From Acidimicrobiales bacterium (GTDB lineage: Bacteria; Actinomycetota; Acidimicrobiia; Acidimicrobiales; RAAP-2), in assembly GCA_049793015.1 (NCBI GenBank), contig JBARBL010000104.1, positions 8,246-72,245 of the forward strand: a stretch of 64,000 nt of DNA, read 5' to 3'. The position numbers were made by a program, and so were the translations under genes. The notes beneath the pieces were generated by a model that had not been told where the DNA came from, did not search any database, and was given only the letters and a program-made list of their open reading frames with translations. Shown piece by piece: positions 47,521-58,038 of the stretch (position 1 is its first letter; each line of letters begins with the position of its first letter).

Positions 47521-48828
47521 TCACCCCATCACCGTTCCCGTCGAACGCGTGTTGAAGGGTCGCTTGCGCGAGAACGCGCCCAGATTGATGGCGTTGCCGG
47601 TGTGCTCACCCACGTAGAGCACGGGATGGGTGTCGTGGTCGTGGCCCGCTTCCACCCTTTCGATCAGCAGCGCCATGATCCGACCGACCACCGGCGCATT
47701 CTTGAACTGGTTGCCGCTCGTCCCCATCGCCACGTAGTAGCCGTCGAGCTCAGTGCGGTCGTAAATCGGAGTCCAATCCTCGGCCACGTCATAGACGCCG
47801 GCGACGCCTTTGGCGCCCACAGGCACCTCGAGGTTCGTGAGGCGCCTGGCCGCCCGGGTCGTCTGACGCGCATATACCTCCGCCGTGACGCTCGGACTGG
47901 CGTCGTCGGGATCGTCGATCCATTCAAGGGGGTCGCAGGACGGTTCGGTGCCTCCCACCATGAGCTTGTTACCCGGGGCTGGGCGCATATAGGTGCCCAG
48001 GTCCATGTCGGCGATGCCCAGGCCGAATCTCTCGGCGACGCTGTAGTCGTGCGGCGCGTCAAGGTAGTGAACCTCCTGTCGCATCGGTCGCACGGCAATC
48101 GTGAAGTCGTCCCCGACTCCCGCCAGGCGATTGAGCCCGCTCGACCAGGGTCCGGCGGCGTTCACGACGATTGGTGACGACAGACGCGTCCCGTCCGCCA
48201 GCCGGACTCCGGCGACTCGATCGTTCTCGCGAACCACCTCCGTGACCGTGGCGTTGAAGACGCACCTGTTTCCGAGGCGTTGTGCCGCGGCCAGCAGGTT
48301 GTGGGCGGCGAGTTGGGGATCATCGATGAATCCTGCGTCAGGCATGAAGAGGGCACCAAGCTCGCCCTTCGCCTCCTGGAAGAACTCGTCATCGTCAATA
48401 CTCTTCGGTGGCCAATAGGCGCCGGCGTCAATGTCGCAGATGCGCCGTCGCAGCGTGGCGGCGTCCCACTGTTCGTAGGGCACACCGACCTGGTCGAAGT
48501 GTGCAATCACCGGCTCGCGCGGGTTGACCGGGGTATCGAGCACCGCCATCCCGGTCCGTTGGAACGACGCCAACCCGGCCTCGTCGACGAATCCGAGATG
48601 GTCGAGCCAGGCTTTCCAACAGTGCTTCGATTCCCAGGATGTCGCGACGCCGTCCCGGGTGGAGTAGTTGAACCGAACGATCGCACTCGACGCACTCGTC
48701 GAGCCATGACCCGCTGCGCCGGCTTTGTCCACCACCACGACGACGAGTCCCGACTTCGCCAGTTCCAACGCGATGGATCCTCCCATGACGCCGGCACCGA
48801 TGATGATGGCATCCGGGGAATGCGTCAT
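47521..48828 (-). CDS. FAD-dependent oxidoreductase (DAO/sarcosine-oxidase-beta-like)
   Basis: Dinucleotide fold AIIIGAGVMGGSIALELAKSG. 435 aa. Confidence 0.85.
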   Translation of the reverse strand: MTHSPDAIIIGAGVMGGSIALELAKSGLVVVVVDKAGAAGHGSTSASSAIVRFNYSTRDGVATSWESKHCWKAWLDHLGFVDEAGLASFQRTGMAVLDTPVNPREPVIAHFDQVGVPYEQWDAATLRRRICDIDAGAYWPPKSIDDDEFFQEAKGELGALFMPDAGFIDDPQLAAHNLLAAAQRLGNRCVFNATVTEVVRENDRVAGVRLADGTRLSSPIVVNAAGPWSSGLNRLAGVGDDFTIAVRPMRQEVHYLDAPHDYSVAERFGLGIADMDLGTYMRPAPGNKLMVGGTEPSCDPLEWIDDPDDASPSVTAEVYARQTTRAARRLTNLEVPVGAKGVAGVYDVAEDWTPIYDRTELDGYYVAMGTSGNQFKNAPVVGRIMALLIERVEAGHDHDTHPVLYVGEHTGNAINLGAFSRKRPFNTRSTGTVMG

Positions 48829-48949
48829 CGGGCCTCCAGCTGGTCGAGTGGTGGGTCAGGAACCCATCCGAGTCTAAGTAGTGCCGCCAGCGCGGAAGAA
48901 TATCGACCACCGTGCGTAACGTATTGGCTCACCTCGCGCCTCAGAACTC

Positions 48950-49372
48950 TCAGGGTGAACCGCCGTCGAGACGTCGAGCGAGAACCGTCACGTCGGAAGC
49001 CTGGTACCCGGACTTCTCGTAGAAGGCGATCACGTGGGAGTTCGAGTTGCGCACCATCACCTGAACCTTGACGGCGCCGCGGCGGCGGAGCCATCGTTCC
49101 GCACCGTCCATCAAAAGCGAACCGAGCCCTCTTCCCTCGTATGCCGGTGCGACCGCGAGGTAGTACACCCAGCCGCGGTGACCGTCATGGCCCACCATCG
49201 CCGTGCCCCGCAGACGGCCCTCCTCCAGGAGACCGAGCACGGCGGACGTCGGGCCTTCGAGGGCTCGGTCGTAGTCCTGCCCGGGGTCGTTCCATGGTCG
49301 CGTCAATCCGACCTCACCCCACAGCGCGATGACGTCTTCACGATGCTCACTGGTAAGTTCCTCCACTTGCAT
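48950..49372 (-). CDS. GNAT family N-acetyltransferase (YpeA-like)
   Basis: YLAVAPAYEGRGLGSLLMDGAERWL acetyl-CoA motif. Confidence 0.8.
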   Translation of the reverse strand: MQVEELTSEHREDVIALWGEVGLTRPWNDPGQDYDRALEGPTSAVLGLLEEGRLRGTAMVGHDGHRGWVYYLAVAPAYEGRGLGSLLMDGAERWLRRRGAVKVQVMVRNSNSHVIAFYEKSGYQASDVTVLARRLDGGSP

Positions 49373-49482
49373 CCGCTCATCGTAGGACCTCGACGACCCG
49401 TCAATGTAGAACGTCGCTCAACGGGGCGTGCGGAGAACGGGGTCGCGTTCGTGGCTTCGTGTCACACCGCAGGACCGGTCGG

Positions 49483-49938
49483 TCACTGTTCTGCGGTGCT
49501 CAACTCGTAGAGCGAGAGCGTGCGACCGGTGGATGGCGAGCGAACGGAGCCGATGAGCACCGCGCCCATGCGCTCGTAGAACGACGCCGCGAAAGGATCG
49601 GACTCGATGACCAGGTTTGCCCAGTCTCGGGACCGGGCGACGCTCAGCGCGTCGCGAATCAGTTCTTTCCCGACGCCCCGGCCGATCGCGTCGGGCGAGA
49701 CGAAGAGCATGCTGAGCTCCGGCCTAGGCGCGTCGCTGAGCATGTAGAAACCGACGACGTGGCCGCTCTCGTCCTCGGCGACCACTACCAAACCCCGTTC
49801 GACGTCGTCGACGCCGACCGTAAGTTCAGGACGACACAGTTCCATGAAGGCATCGTCGTAGCCCCAATAGCGTTTGGATTCCATGGCCAACGAGGAGAGT
49901 TCCAGGGCTTCCGTGGTTGCACCGGCGCGCGTTCGCAT
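49483..49938 (-). CDS. GNAT family N-acetyltransferase
   Basis: FVSPDAIGRGVGKELIRDAL motif. ATG at 49938 is preferred over the tracked 49986. The start is uncertain. Confidence 0.7.
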   Translation of the reverse strand: MRTRAGATTEALELSSLAMESKRYWGYDDAFMELCRPELTVGVDDVERGLVVVAEDESGHVVGFYMLSDAPRPELSMLFVSPDAIGRGVGKELIRDALSVARSRDWANLVIESDPFAASFYERMGAVLIGSVRSPSTGRTLSLYELSTAEQ

Positions 49939-50039
49939 CAACGAAGTATGACATCGACGTGGCGCCGGACTCTTGGAACCACCCACCGAAAACAGCTCTC
50001 TTCATCGAAGTCAACCGGGCCTTTCGCTGACGTGGCCGG

Positions 50040-50660
50040 CTATCCCGGCGTCCCGAAGTAATAGCTGAGCGGCATCGGCGGGTCGGATCCGGATTCTCCC
50101 GGAACGACAGGGTGCACCACGAAGCCTCCGCACCAGAAGAAGCCGTTGGCGCGAAGTGGCTGCACAACGATCAAACTCGATGCGCCGGGAAGCCATACCA
50201 ACATCTTGTGCGACACGATGCAACGGGTCGGCGGAGGGCTGTGCGGTTCGTCGGTCCCGTATATCCAAAACGACGCAATACCGCTTTCTGGCTGGAGCGT
50301 CACCGTTGGAATGCGCAATCCCCCTTTGAGGCCTCCTACGTCGTTGCCGTCACGTCCGTACGAGTGAGCCTCGCTCACCTGAAGCCGGTGGGGATGATTC
50401 TCGGTCGGCCCCATGCCGTACGCGCCGATATACGCGACGCGGACGTAACCACGAAGAGTGCACGCCTCCAGGCTCACGTTCCTTATCCAGAAGAGATCGT
50501 TGACACTTCCAGCTCCCACCAGGGTGTTGAAGTCAGTGATACGCACCGAGCTGGGGCCGCATCGTGGCGCCACGTGGTTCGATGTCGCGCCACTCGTGCC
50601 GCACGCCGAAAACCCGGCGAAAATCGCCACGATGGCCAGGACGAGACGACCGCGACTCAT
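50040..50660 (-). CDS. secreted DUF4232-like protein (paralog a)
   Basis: ATG at 50660 and a lipobox-like FAGFSAC. Motif NVSLEACTLRGY resembles the DUF4232 core. Paralogous to 53117..53698. Confidence 0.65.
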   Translation of the reverse strand: MSRGRLVLAIVAIFAGFSACGTSGATSNHVAPRCGPSSVRITDFNTLVGAGSVNDLFWIRNVSLEACTLRGYVRVAYIGAYGMGPTENHPHRLQVSEAHSYGRDGNDVGGLKGGLRIPTVTLQPESGIASFWIYGTDEPHSPPPTRCIVSHKMLVWLPGASSLIVVQPLRANGFFWCGGFVVHPVVPGESGSDPPMPLSYYFGTPG

Positions 50661-50754
50661 GGCGTGAATCTGACGTGACCCATGTCGGACACAACGCGAG
50701 AAAATCGGTGAGCGTCTGTGCGCCGCGTCTGCACCCAAGAGGCGTCAACCACTT

Positions 50755-51102
50755 CTAGGGACGCCTCGTGCCCTCGACGCGCCTGACCAACGCCTTGAGG
50801 ACCGCAATCTCCTGGGCCAGGGCGACCTTGCCCACCCTGGTGATCGAGACCCAGGTTCGAGGCCGACGGCCTTCGGTCCCCTTCTGGATGGTGATGAGAC
50901 CAGCTTCTTCCAAGATTCGAATGTGCTGCGAGAGATTACCCGCAGTCAATCCCATGTTCTCCTGCAGGAATCGAAACTCCACTTTGCGCGATTCATTGGC
51001 GATCGTGAGAATGCCGAGCCGCACTCGCTGATGAACCGTGTCGTGCAGATCGCCAATCGGACTCGCGTCCTGCGTTAGTGGATCATTGGACTCACTGACC
51101 AT
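50755..51102 (-). CDS. winged-helix (ArsR/HTH_45-like) transcriptional regulator
   Basis: VHQRVRLGILTIA...LTAGNLSQHIRILEEAGLITIQKG helix-turn-helix plus wing. Confidence 0.75.
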   Translation of the reverse strand: MVSESNDPLTQDASPIGDLHDTVHQRVRLGILTIANESRKVEFRFLQENMGLTAGNLSQHIRILEEAGLITIQKGTEGRRPRTWVSITRVGKVALAQEIAVLKALVRRVEGTRRP

Positions 51103-51880
51103 CGTTGAACCTTCGCCGAGCGATGTGGAGCGTCACGCCGCTGCGGCGTACCAAGTAGAACGCCGCCCCGCCAACGAGCAGGTACAGGCCCGGCAAGATC
51201 AGGTTTGGCAGTGCCTCGTTGCTGCCGTTCCAGGCGGAACCTAGTCCGAGGCGCGCGAAGAGGTTACTGACGTCGTAGAGGCAGGAGAGCAGTGCCAGTC
51301 CCAGGAAACCCACGACGAAAATAAAGAAGGCTGGACTACGTTCCGTGACCGCCAGCGCTAGCAGACCAATCGCGATGACAAGCAAGGGCTGCATGCCACG
51401 TATCCAGAAGTCCGCCGGAATCTTGAAGGTGATCCAACCCCGGCTCACTACGGCCAGTACCAGCACACCGAGGCCAACGGCGGCGAAGGGCCAGATGCGC
51501 CCGGCCACCCCCGACGAACGCACCCGCATCCAGTAGAAGCCGACCACCGCCGCGATGCCGCCAAAGATGCTCACCACCCAATAGGTCGTCGCCCAGGGGC
51601 TCACGTGATCGATGGGCGGGGACGTGGGTGATCCGAGGCCCGATCCAAACACGCCTCGCGAGACCGAGACCGACGTGCACGTGAACGAGTTGGCGGATCC
51701 GTGGCACCCCAACGACGAAGCGCTCAGGCCGGGATAACGGTAGAAGACCATCGCCAGCAACACAATCACGCCGAAGATGACGAGGGCGAACCAACTTCCG
51801 TCGCGCGCCACGCGAGTTCTCCATCGCATCTGTTCGGCGTAGGCCAGGTCCCCGCCAGGGCGTTCCGGTATGTCTGTCAT
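51092..51880 (-). CDS. integral membrane hypothetical protein
   Basis: ATG at 51880 (MTDIPERPGG). About 6 TM segments. Its 3-prime end overlaps the regulator start by 11 nt. Confidence 0.65.
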   Translation of the reverse strand: MTDIPERPGGDLAYAEQMRWRTRVARDGSWFALVIFGVIVLLAMVFYRYPGLSASSLGCHGSANSFTCTSVSVSRGVFGSGLGSPTSPPIDHVSPWATTYWVVSIFGGIAAVVGFYWMRVRSSGVAGRIWPFAAVGLGVLVLAVVSRGWITFKIPADFWIRGMQPLLVIAIGLLALAVTERSPAFFIFVVGFLGLALLSCLYDVSNLFARLGLGSAWNGSNEALPNLILPGLYLLVGGAAFYLVRRSGVTLHIARRRFNDGQ

Positions 51881-51958
51881 GCCAACTACTTTGCTATACA
51901 AACTAACGGAAGTCAAGTCGCCGTAGCCGGCCCAGGGTCGAAGCAAGAGGCGTCTCCT

Positions 51959-52028
51959 CTAGCCTTCCGTGGAAAAGCGATAGACGTTGGTCTACCGAAT
52001 TTTGGTAGAAGTCGCGTGGCGGCCATGC
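51959..52028 (-). pseudogene. relic 3-prime end of a GNAT gene paralogous to 53775..54215
   Basis: Plus-strand 51961-51991 (agccttc cgtggaaaa gcgatagacgttggt) matches 53780-53810 (agccttc taccaaaag gcgatagacgttggt). The relic reads AWPPRDFYQNSV, then a frameshift, then TNVYRFSTEG-stop. The intact gene reads SRPSREAANALYQKLGFVVRDTNVYRLLVEGS-stop. Confidence 0.5.
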
Positions 52029-52031
52029 GAA

Positions 52032-52979
52032 CTACAGCGAAGACAAGAAGTCGATCAGTGCCGTGAAGTAGGCCTCCTGGTCGTCGTACATCGCCATGTG
52101 GCTACCGTTCTCGCAGATGTAGGACGAGCCTCTGGGGAGACGGGTCGCCATCATCTCGAGAAACGTGGGGTCCATCGTGTCGTAACGGCCGCCTAGAACC
52201 AGAGTGGGGGCGGTGATGTATTGAAGGTCGTTCGTGCGATCCCAGTTGGCCAAACTCGCGTCCTGCGACATGCCCAACTCGCTCGGGCCCTGCATCGTCA
52301 GGTACAGTTCGTAATTCAAGTTGGCGAAGGCAAACTTCACCGGCTCCGGCCACTCCTCGGGATCCATCCGTAAAGTGTGGTCCACGTAATACGAGCGATA
52401 GAGCAACTCTGTATAGCGGGGATTGGCAAAGTCCTTTGCGGCTTCAAACTCTCGGATTTCGGCCAGGTCGTCTTGATCCATCGCCGGCATCAAAACATCG
52501 TTCGCGTAACGGGTGTAGGCCGGGGCGCTCGACATCATGTTGGAAATAATCAGGCCCTTCAGTTCATCGCCGTGCGCCAGCGCGTACTCCATGGCCAGAA
52601 GACCGCCCCACGATTGGCCCAGGAGAACGAAGTTGTCGGGCTCCAGATTAAGGGCGCTGCGCACCTGCTCGACCTCATCAACGAAGCGGGTCAGGTCCCA
52701 CATGCTTGAATCGGCCGGATTGTCACTGCGACCTGACCCCAATTGGTCGTAGTAGTAGTACTCGATACCCGCTGCCGGAAAAAAACTGTCAAAAGCCTCA
52801 AAGTAGTCATGCGTCGCACCGGGCCCGCCGTGCAAGAGAAGCACCTTGAGTCCGGGATTATTGCCAATCCGCTTCGTCCACACCTTGAAAGTGCCCAACG
52901 GCGTCGTGATCGGAATCATCTTCACGCCACCCGCGAAAGCATCGGGTCGGTTGGTTCGGTCGTAGTACTGCTCGCTCAC
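52032..52979 (-). CDS. proline iminopeptidase (alpha/beta hydrolase)
   Basis: HGGPGATHDYFE and nucleophile elbow GQSWGG. GTG start preceded by GGGGGA. Confidence 0.85.
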   Translation of the reverse strand: MSEQYYDRTNRPDAFAGGVKMIPITTPLGTFKVWTKRIGNNPGLKVLLLHGGPGATHDYFEAFDSFFPAAGIEYYYYDQLGSGRSDNPADSSMWDLTRFVDEVEQVRSALNLEPDNFVLLGQSWGGLLAMEYALAHGDELKGLIISNMMSSAPAYTRYANDVLMPAMDQDDLAEIREFEAAKDFANPRYTELLYRSYYVDHTLRMDPEEWPEPVKFAFANLNYELYLTMQGPSELGMSQDASLANWDRTNDLQYITAPTLVLGGRYDTMDPTFLEMMATRLPRGSSYICENGSHMAMYDDQEAYFTALIDFLSSL

Positions 52980-53116
52980 GGTCCCCCAATCTGTAAACGT
53001 TGAGCAGTATAAGTTGCGAACAGGTTGAGAAGGAATCAGTCTTCTAGCGCGAACCTGTAGTCATTCGTATGTCGAACGCTTTCTGCGGTTACGTCGGATA
53101 GGTTACGACGTGGCCG

Positions 53117-53698
53117 TTAGTGCGCACTTCCGGTGGCGCCCGGAACAATGGGAGTCCCATCGAAGTAGCCACAGACCAGCATCCATTCCTTCAGTGCAAT
53201 CGGTCTCGAGCCGCCGGGCACGTTTACCCACAGTGACGTGAGGACGGAACAACCTGGCTGTTGTGCCGTAGCACCGTCCGCCCATTGGACCATCGACGAC
53301 GCGGCGCCGTTTCGAGCCCGCAAGACGACGAGTGGCAAAGGCTTCGCCTCTCCGTCTTTGTAACCCATCCAGCCGCCCAAGTATCCATCACGGATGTGTC
53401 CCGCCGCCCTGCTCTTTTCGGTTTCGAAGTTGATGCCAACGACACTCGAGTATCCCGTCAATGAACACGCGGTGGCACTCACGTTTTTGTAATGAATGAC
53501 CAGACCCGCATGCAGAGAGCCCCCCGGAGCCGCGACGCCGCTGACGGTAAGCTGGGTATCGGCACACATGGGCATTGCGACGCTTGCCGCTTGAACCGGC
53601 GACCATGACTGCACCACTGCCAAAAGTCCGGTGATCAGCAGCACGGAGAGAAGAGCAGCTTTAATGGACCAGAGTCTGATTTCGTGCGTTGTGGTCAT
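53117..53698 (-). CDS. secreted DUF4232-like protein (paralog b)
   Basis: Signal/TM N-terminus. CADTQLTVSG...KNVSATACSLTGY matches paralog a and the DUF4232 pattern. Confidence 0.65.
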   Translation of the reverse strand: MTTTHEIRLWSIKAALLSVLLITGLLAVVQSWSPVQAASVAMPMCADTQLTVSGVAAPGGSLHAGLVIHYKNVSATACSLTGYSSVVGINFETEKSRAAGHIRDGYLGGWMGYKDGEAKPLPLVVLRARNGAASSMVQWADGATAQQPGCSVLTSLWVNVPGGSRPIALKEWMLVCGYFDGTPIVPGATGSAH

Positions 53699-53774
53699 GA
53701 TCTCTTCTCAGGTGTCGGCGATTGTACGTGCCTTGCGCGGCCGATACATCCGCGGGAATCGCACTTCGACTGTC

Positions 53775-54215
53775 TTACGAGCCTTCTACCAAAAGGCGAT
53801 AGACGTTGGTGTCGCGGACGACGAAACCTAACTTCTGATACAGCGCGTTGGCCGCTTCGCGAGACGGGCGGCTCGTGAGGTCCACCGAACGAACGCCCCG
53901 GCGCTGCGCTTCCTCGGTCGCGGCATTGGTCAGCGCGGCGCCCACGCCCAGGCCCCTCGCACTTTCGTCCACCACGACGTCCTCGATCCAGGCGCGCAGT
54001 CCCGTAGGGATCGGGAAGATCACCAGCGTGAGGGTCCCCACCAACCGGCCTTCTTGCGTCGCCACGAAGACCGTGAGCGCCGGGGAGCTAACCAGCGCCT
54101 CCACGTCGTTCTTGGTAAGCGGCGGCGCCGTCGAGGAGAGCTGCGGCAAGAGGTGATTAAGACCGTCGAGCAACCCGTCGCTGGCGGTCGTCGCTACCTC
54201 GATGGTGACACTCAT
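53775..54215 (-). CDS. GNAT family N-acetyltransferase
   Basis: ATG at 54215 forms an ATGA overlap with the upstream NUDIX stop. VVVDESARGLGVGAALTNAATEEA motif. Confidence 0.8.
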   Translation of the reverse strand: MSVTIEVATTASDGLLDGLNHLLPQLSSTAPPLTKNDVEALVSSPALTVFVATQEGRLVGTLTLVIFPIPTGLRAWIEDVVVDESARGLGVGAALTNAATEEAQRRGVRSVDLTSRPSREAANALYQKLGFVVRDTNVYRLLVEGS

Positions 54216-54901
54216 TGCCCTCCCCTCCAGACTGGGCGTCGCAGGTCGTCGTAGAACACGTCGCGGTGTTCGCCGTCGATGGCGGCGAAGATCGGCCCGG
54301 CCCAACGCTCGGCGCCGATCGTCGGCGAAGGCAGATTGTCGCGGGTGAACCAACCGGCATCCGCGCACTCCAGGGGATGGATGTTCATCGAACCACCGGT
54401 GACGCGACAGAAGAACAGCAGCGAGTAAAGCGCCACGCGCGACGCACCGAGCCTCATGCCGTCGAGCACCCCGATGAGGCGAACCGGTTCGACGTCGAAG
54501 CCGGTCTCCTCGAGCACTTCCTTGACGACCACCTCCGGCGCCGAGTAGCCCACGTCGCACCAACCGGTGGGATAGAGCCAGATGCCCGAGTCCGCGCGCT
54601 GGATGAGCAACAGCTCACCGCGGTCATTGGTGACGGCCGCGCCCACCGCCACCTTTGGAGTGATATACCCGGGCACACCGCGGCCGACCTCTTTCATCCA
54701 CTCCGCGACGTAGCCGTCGCTGTCGATCACGCCCTCGAGCCCCGACTCTGCCGCCACCTTGATGTCGCCCGCGATCTTGAGGATCTCCTCGTAGCGCTCG
54801 CGTTCGAACTGGCTTTCCGTGAAGCCCATGCCAGTGCGCGCGACGCCGGCCAGCGACTCGGCCCAGCGCCGCAGCGTCTTCTCCGGGACGGGTTCACTCA
54901 C
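54212..54901 (-). CDS. NUDIX hydrolase with N-terminal helical NUDIX-associated domain
   Basis: Nudix box GWCDVGYSAPEVVVKEVLEETGFDV. Confidence 0.8.
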   Translation of the reverse strand: MSEPVPEKTLRRWAESLAGVARTGMGFTESQFERERYEEILKIAGDIKVAAESGLEGVIDSDGYVAEWMKEVGRGVPGYITPKVAVGAAVTNDRGELLLIQRADSGIWLYPTGWCDVGYSAPEVVVKEVLEETGFDVEPVRLIGVLDGMRLGASRVALYSLLFFCRVTGGSMNIHPLECADAGWFTRDNLPSPTIGAERWAGPIFAAIDGEHRDVFYDDLRRPVWRGGQ

Positions 54902-54922
54902 GAGACGACGCTAGCAACAGGG

Positions 54923-55609
54923 CTAGGCCAGGGAGGCGCCCAGGACCTCGTCGACGGTGCCCACCATGCCGGTGTAGAAGGATCCGAACTCGGCGTAGAG
55001 CGTGGAAGCCTCGTCAAAACGCATGGTGTAGACACAATCCTTGAGGTCGTCCACGTGAACGCCGAACAGCGTCACGCCCCACTCCCAATCGTCGAGGCCG
55101 GTCGACCCGGTGACGACCTGGAGTATCCGTCCTTTGAAATTGCGCCCCAGCGAACCGTGCTGTCGCATGAGTTGGAGCCGTTCCTCGTAGGCCAGCGAGT
55201 ACCAGTTGTTCTGCTCGCCTCGTCGCTTGGACATCGGATAGAAGCAGAAGGCCCTCATGCCCGCGGGCGGCAGCACCGGCCACAGCCGGTCGTGCAGGAT
55301 CTTCTCCGGCGTGCCGGCGGCGTACTCGCTGACCTCGGTCACCGACACGTAGCTCTCCGAGACCAGGAGACCGGCCGCCTGAATCTTCGACTGGAAGGCG
55401 CGCATCGACCAGAGGTCCTCGCCGAGCACCATGAAGCAGACGTCGGCCTTGGCACCCATTATGGACGCGGTCACTACCTGCAGCCCGGCCGATCGCGCCT
55501 CGTCCACCGCACCGCGCAGCGCGTCGAGGTCGACGTCGCCATCCGGGTGGCAGAAGAGGTGCACGACGTTGAGGCCCGTGGAAGGACCGAGTGGTTCGGG
55601 TGTACTCAT
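54923..55609 (-). CDS. hemQ: coproheme decarboxylase / chlorite-dismutase-family heme synthase
   Basis: Full-length similarity to actinobacterial HemQ/ChdC (CFYPMSKRR, WYSLAYEER, VTGSTGLDDWEWGVTLF). Confidence 0.85.
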   Translation of the reverse strand: MSTPEPLGPSTGLNVVHLFCHPDGDVDLDALRGAVDEARSAGLQVVTASIMGAKADVCFMVLGEDLWSMRAFQSKIQAAGLLVSESYVSVTEVSEYAAGTPEKILHDRLWPVLPPAGMRAFCFYPMSKRRGEQNNWYSLAYEERLQLMRQHGSLGRNFKGRILQVVTGSTGLDDWEWGVTLFGVHVDDLKDCVYTMRFDEASTLYAEFGSFYTGMVGTVDEVLGASLA

Positions 55610-55714
55610 GGCACCAGACTAAGGGCTGTCCGGCTCCGATGTCTCTCGCTCGCGCACCATTCGACTTCCCCACGGTGACCGCGAATTCCAGAAAACTCGC
55701 GACACGTCGCCGAG

Positions 55715-56278
55715 TCAGCCCATGTTCATCCCGGGCATCGAACCGTTGCTCGCGCCCCCGAAGTAGATCTTTTGACTCGGCTTGACCACGAGGGCGGAGA
55801 AGACGCGGTACACCGTGCTCGGGTGCGCCTTCGAGTGCCACCCCAGCGTGAGCGGGATCGTGTTGCCGGCCCGCAGCGCTCGCGAGAGGGATCCGAGCAT
55901 CGCCCCTTGGCCCTCGAAACTGAAGGTGATGGTGTCCCCAACGCCGACCTTGACGTAGGCGGCGGCAACCATGTGCGAGGTCTTCACTTTCATGTTGGGG
56001 TCGAAATCGATCATGTCCGACGCCGCGAGCGGGCTCGACACCGAGGTGATCCAGATCGTCGAGCGAAGGTCGTTGGTCAGCGTGAAGCGCACCGCGGACG
56101 CTCGGTCCTTCTTCGCCGTGGTGACCGTCGCGTGCTCAATCACGATCGAATGGCTCATCGTGGCCCCGGCCGGCGATCCCGGCCCCAGGCCACATGCGAG
56201 CAGGAGCGGCGCCACTAAGCGGAGTCCGTTACGCACCCCTGGATGGTACAACGTCCGCCTCCCCCGATTTGTTCGCAC
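55715..56278 (-). CDS. PCu(A)C/DUF461-like lipoprotein with Met-rich C-terminus (tentative)
   Basis: Lipobox LLLACG. Beta-sandwich-like layout IVIEHATV...FTLTN...ITSVSSPLA...NMKVK...GNTIPLTLGW is as in copper chaperone PCuAC. Tail is GSMPGMNMG. The canonical His ligands are not evident. Confidence 0.5.
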   Translation of the reverse strand: MRTNRGRRTLYHPGVRNGLRLVAPLLLACGLGPGSPAGATMSHSIVIEHATVTTAKKDRASAVRFTLTNDLRSTIWITSVSSPLAASDMIDFDPNMKVKTSHMVAAAYVKVGVGDTITFSFEGQGAMLGSLSRALRAGNTIPLTLGWHSKAHPSTVYRVFSALVVKPSQKIYFGGASNGSMPGMNMG

Positions 56279-56336
56279 ACATCACGCGGGGCGGGGACCA
56301 AGTCCCCGCCCCTCGTGATCTTCAACGCTGAAGCGT

Positions 56337-57983
<1,647 letters not shown>

Positions 57984-58000
57984 CTAATTGGCGCAAAGCA

Positions 58001-58030
58001 ATATTAGCAGTCACAGGGGGAGAGTGCTAA
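58001..58030 (-). promoter_or_regulatory. putative groEL promoter embedded in CIRCE
   Basis: On the minus strand the distal CIRCE arm supplies TTAGCA (-35-like). 18 nt later comes TAATAT (-10, TAnnnT), overlapping the proximal arm. Pattern-based only. Confidence 0.35.
58004..58030. promoter_or_regulatory. CIRCE operator (HrcA binding site)
   Basis: TTAGCAGTC-N9-GAGTGCTAA, against the consensus TTAGCACTC-N9-GAGTGCTAA. Lies 45 nt upstream of the groEL start. Confidence 0.85.
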
Positions 58031-58038
58031 TTTCGCTC

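Noticed and set aside
54215-55678. 487-aa plus-strand ORF
   Set aside because: It is antisense to the NUDIX and HemQ genes, which have clear family motifs. Shadow ORF.
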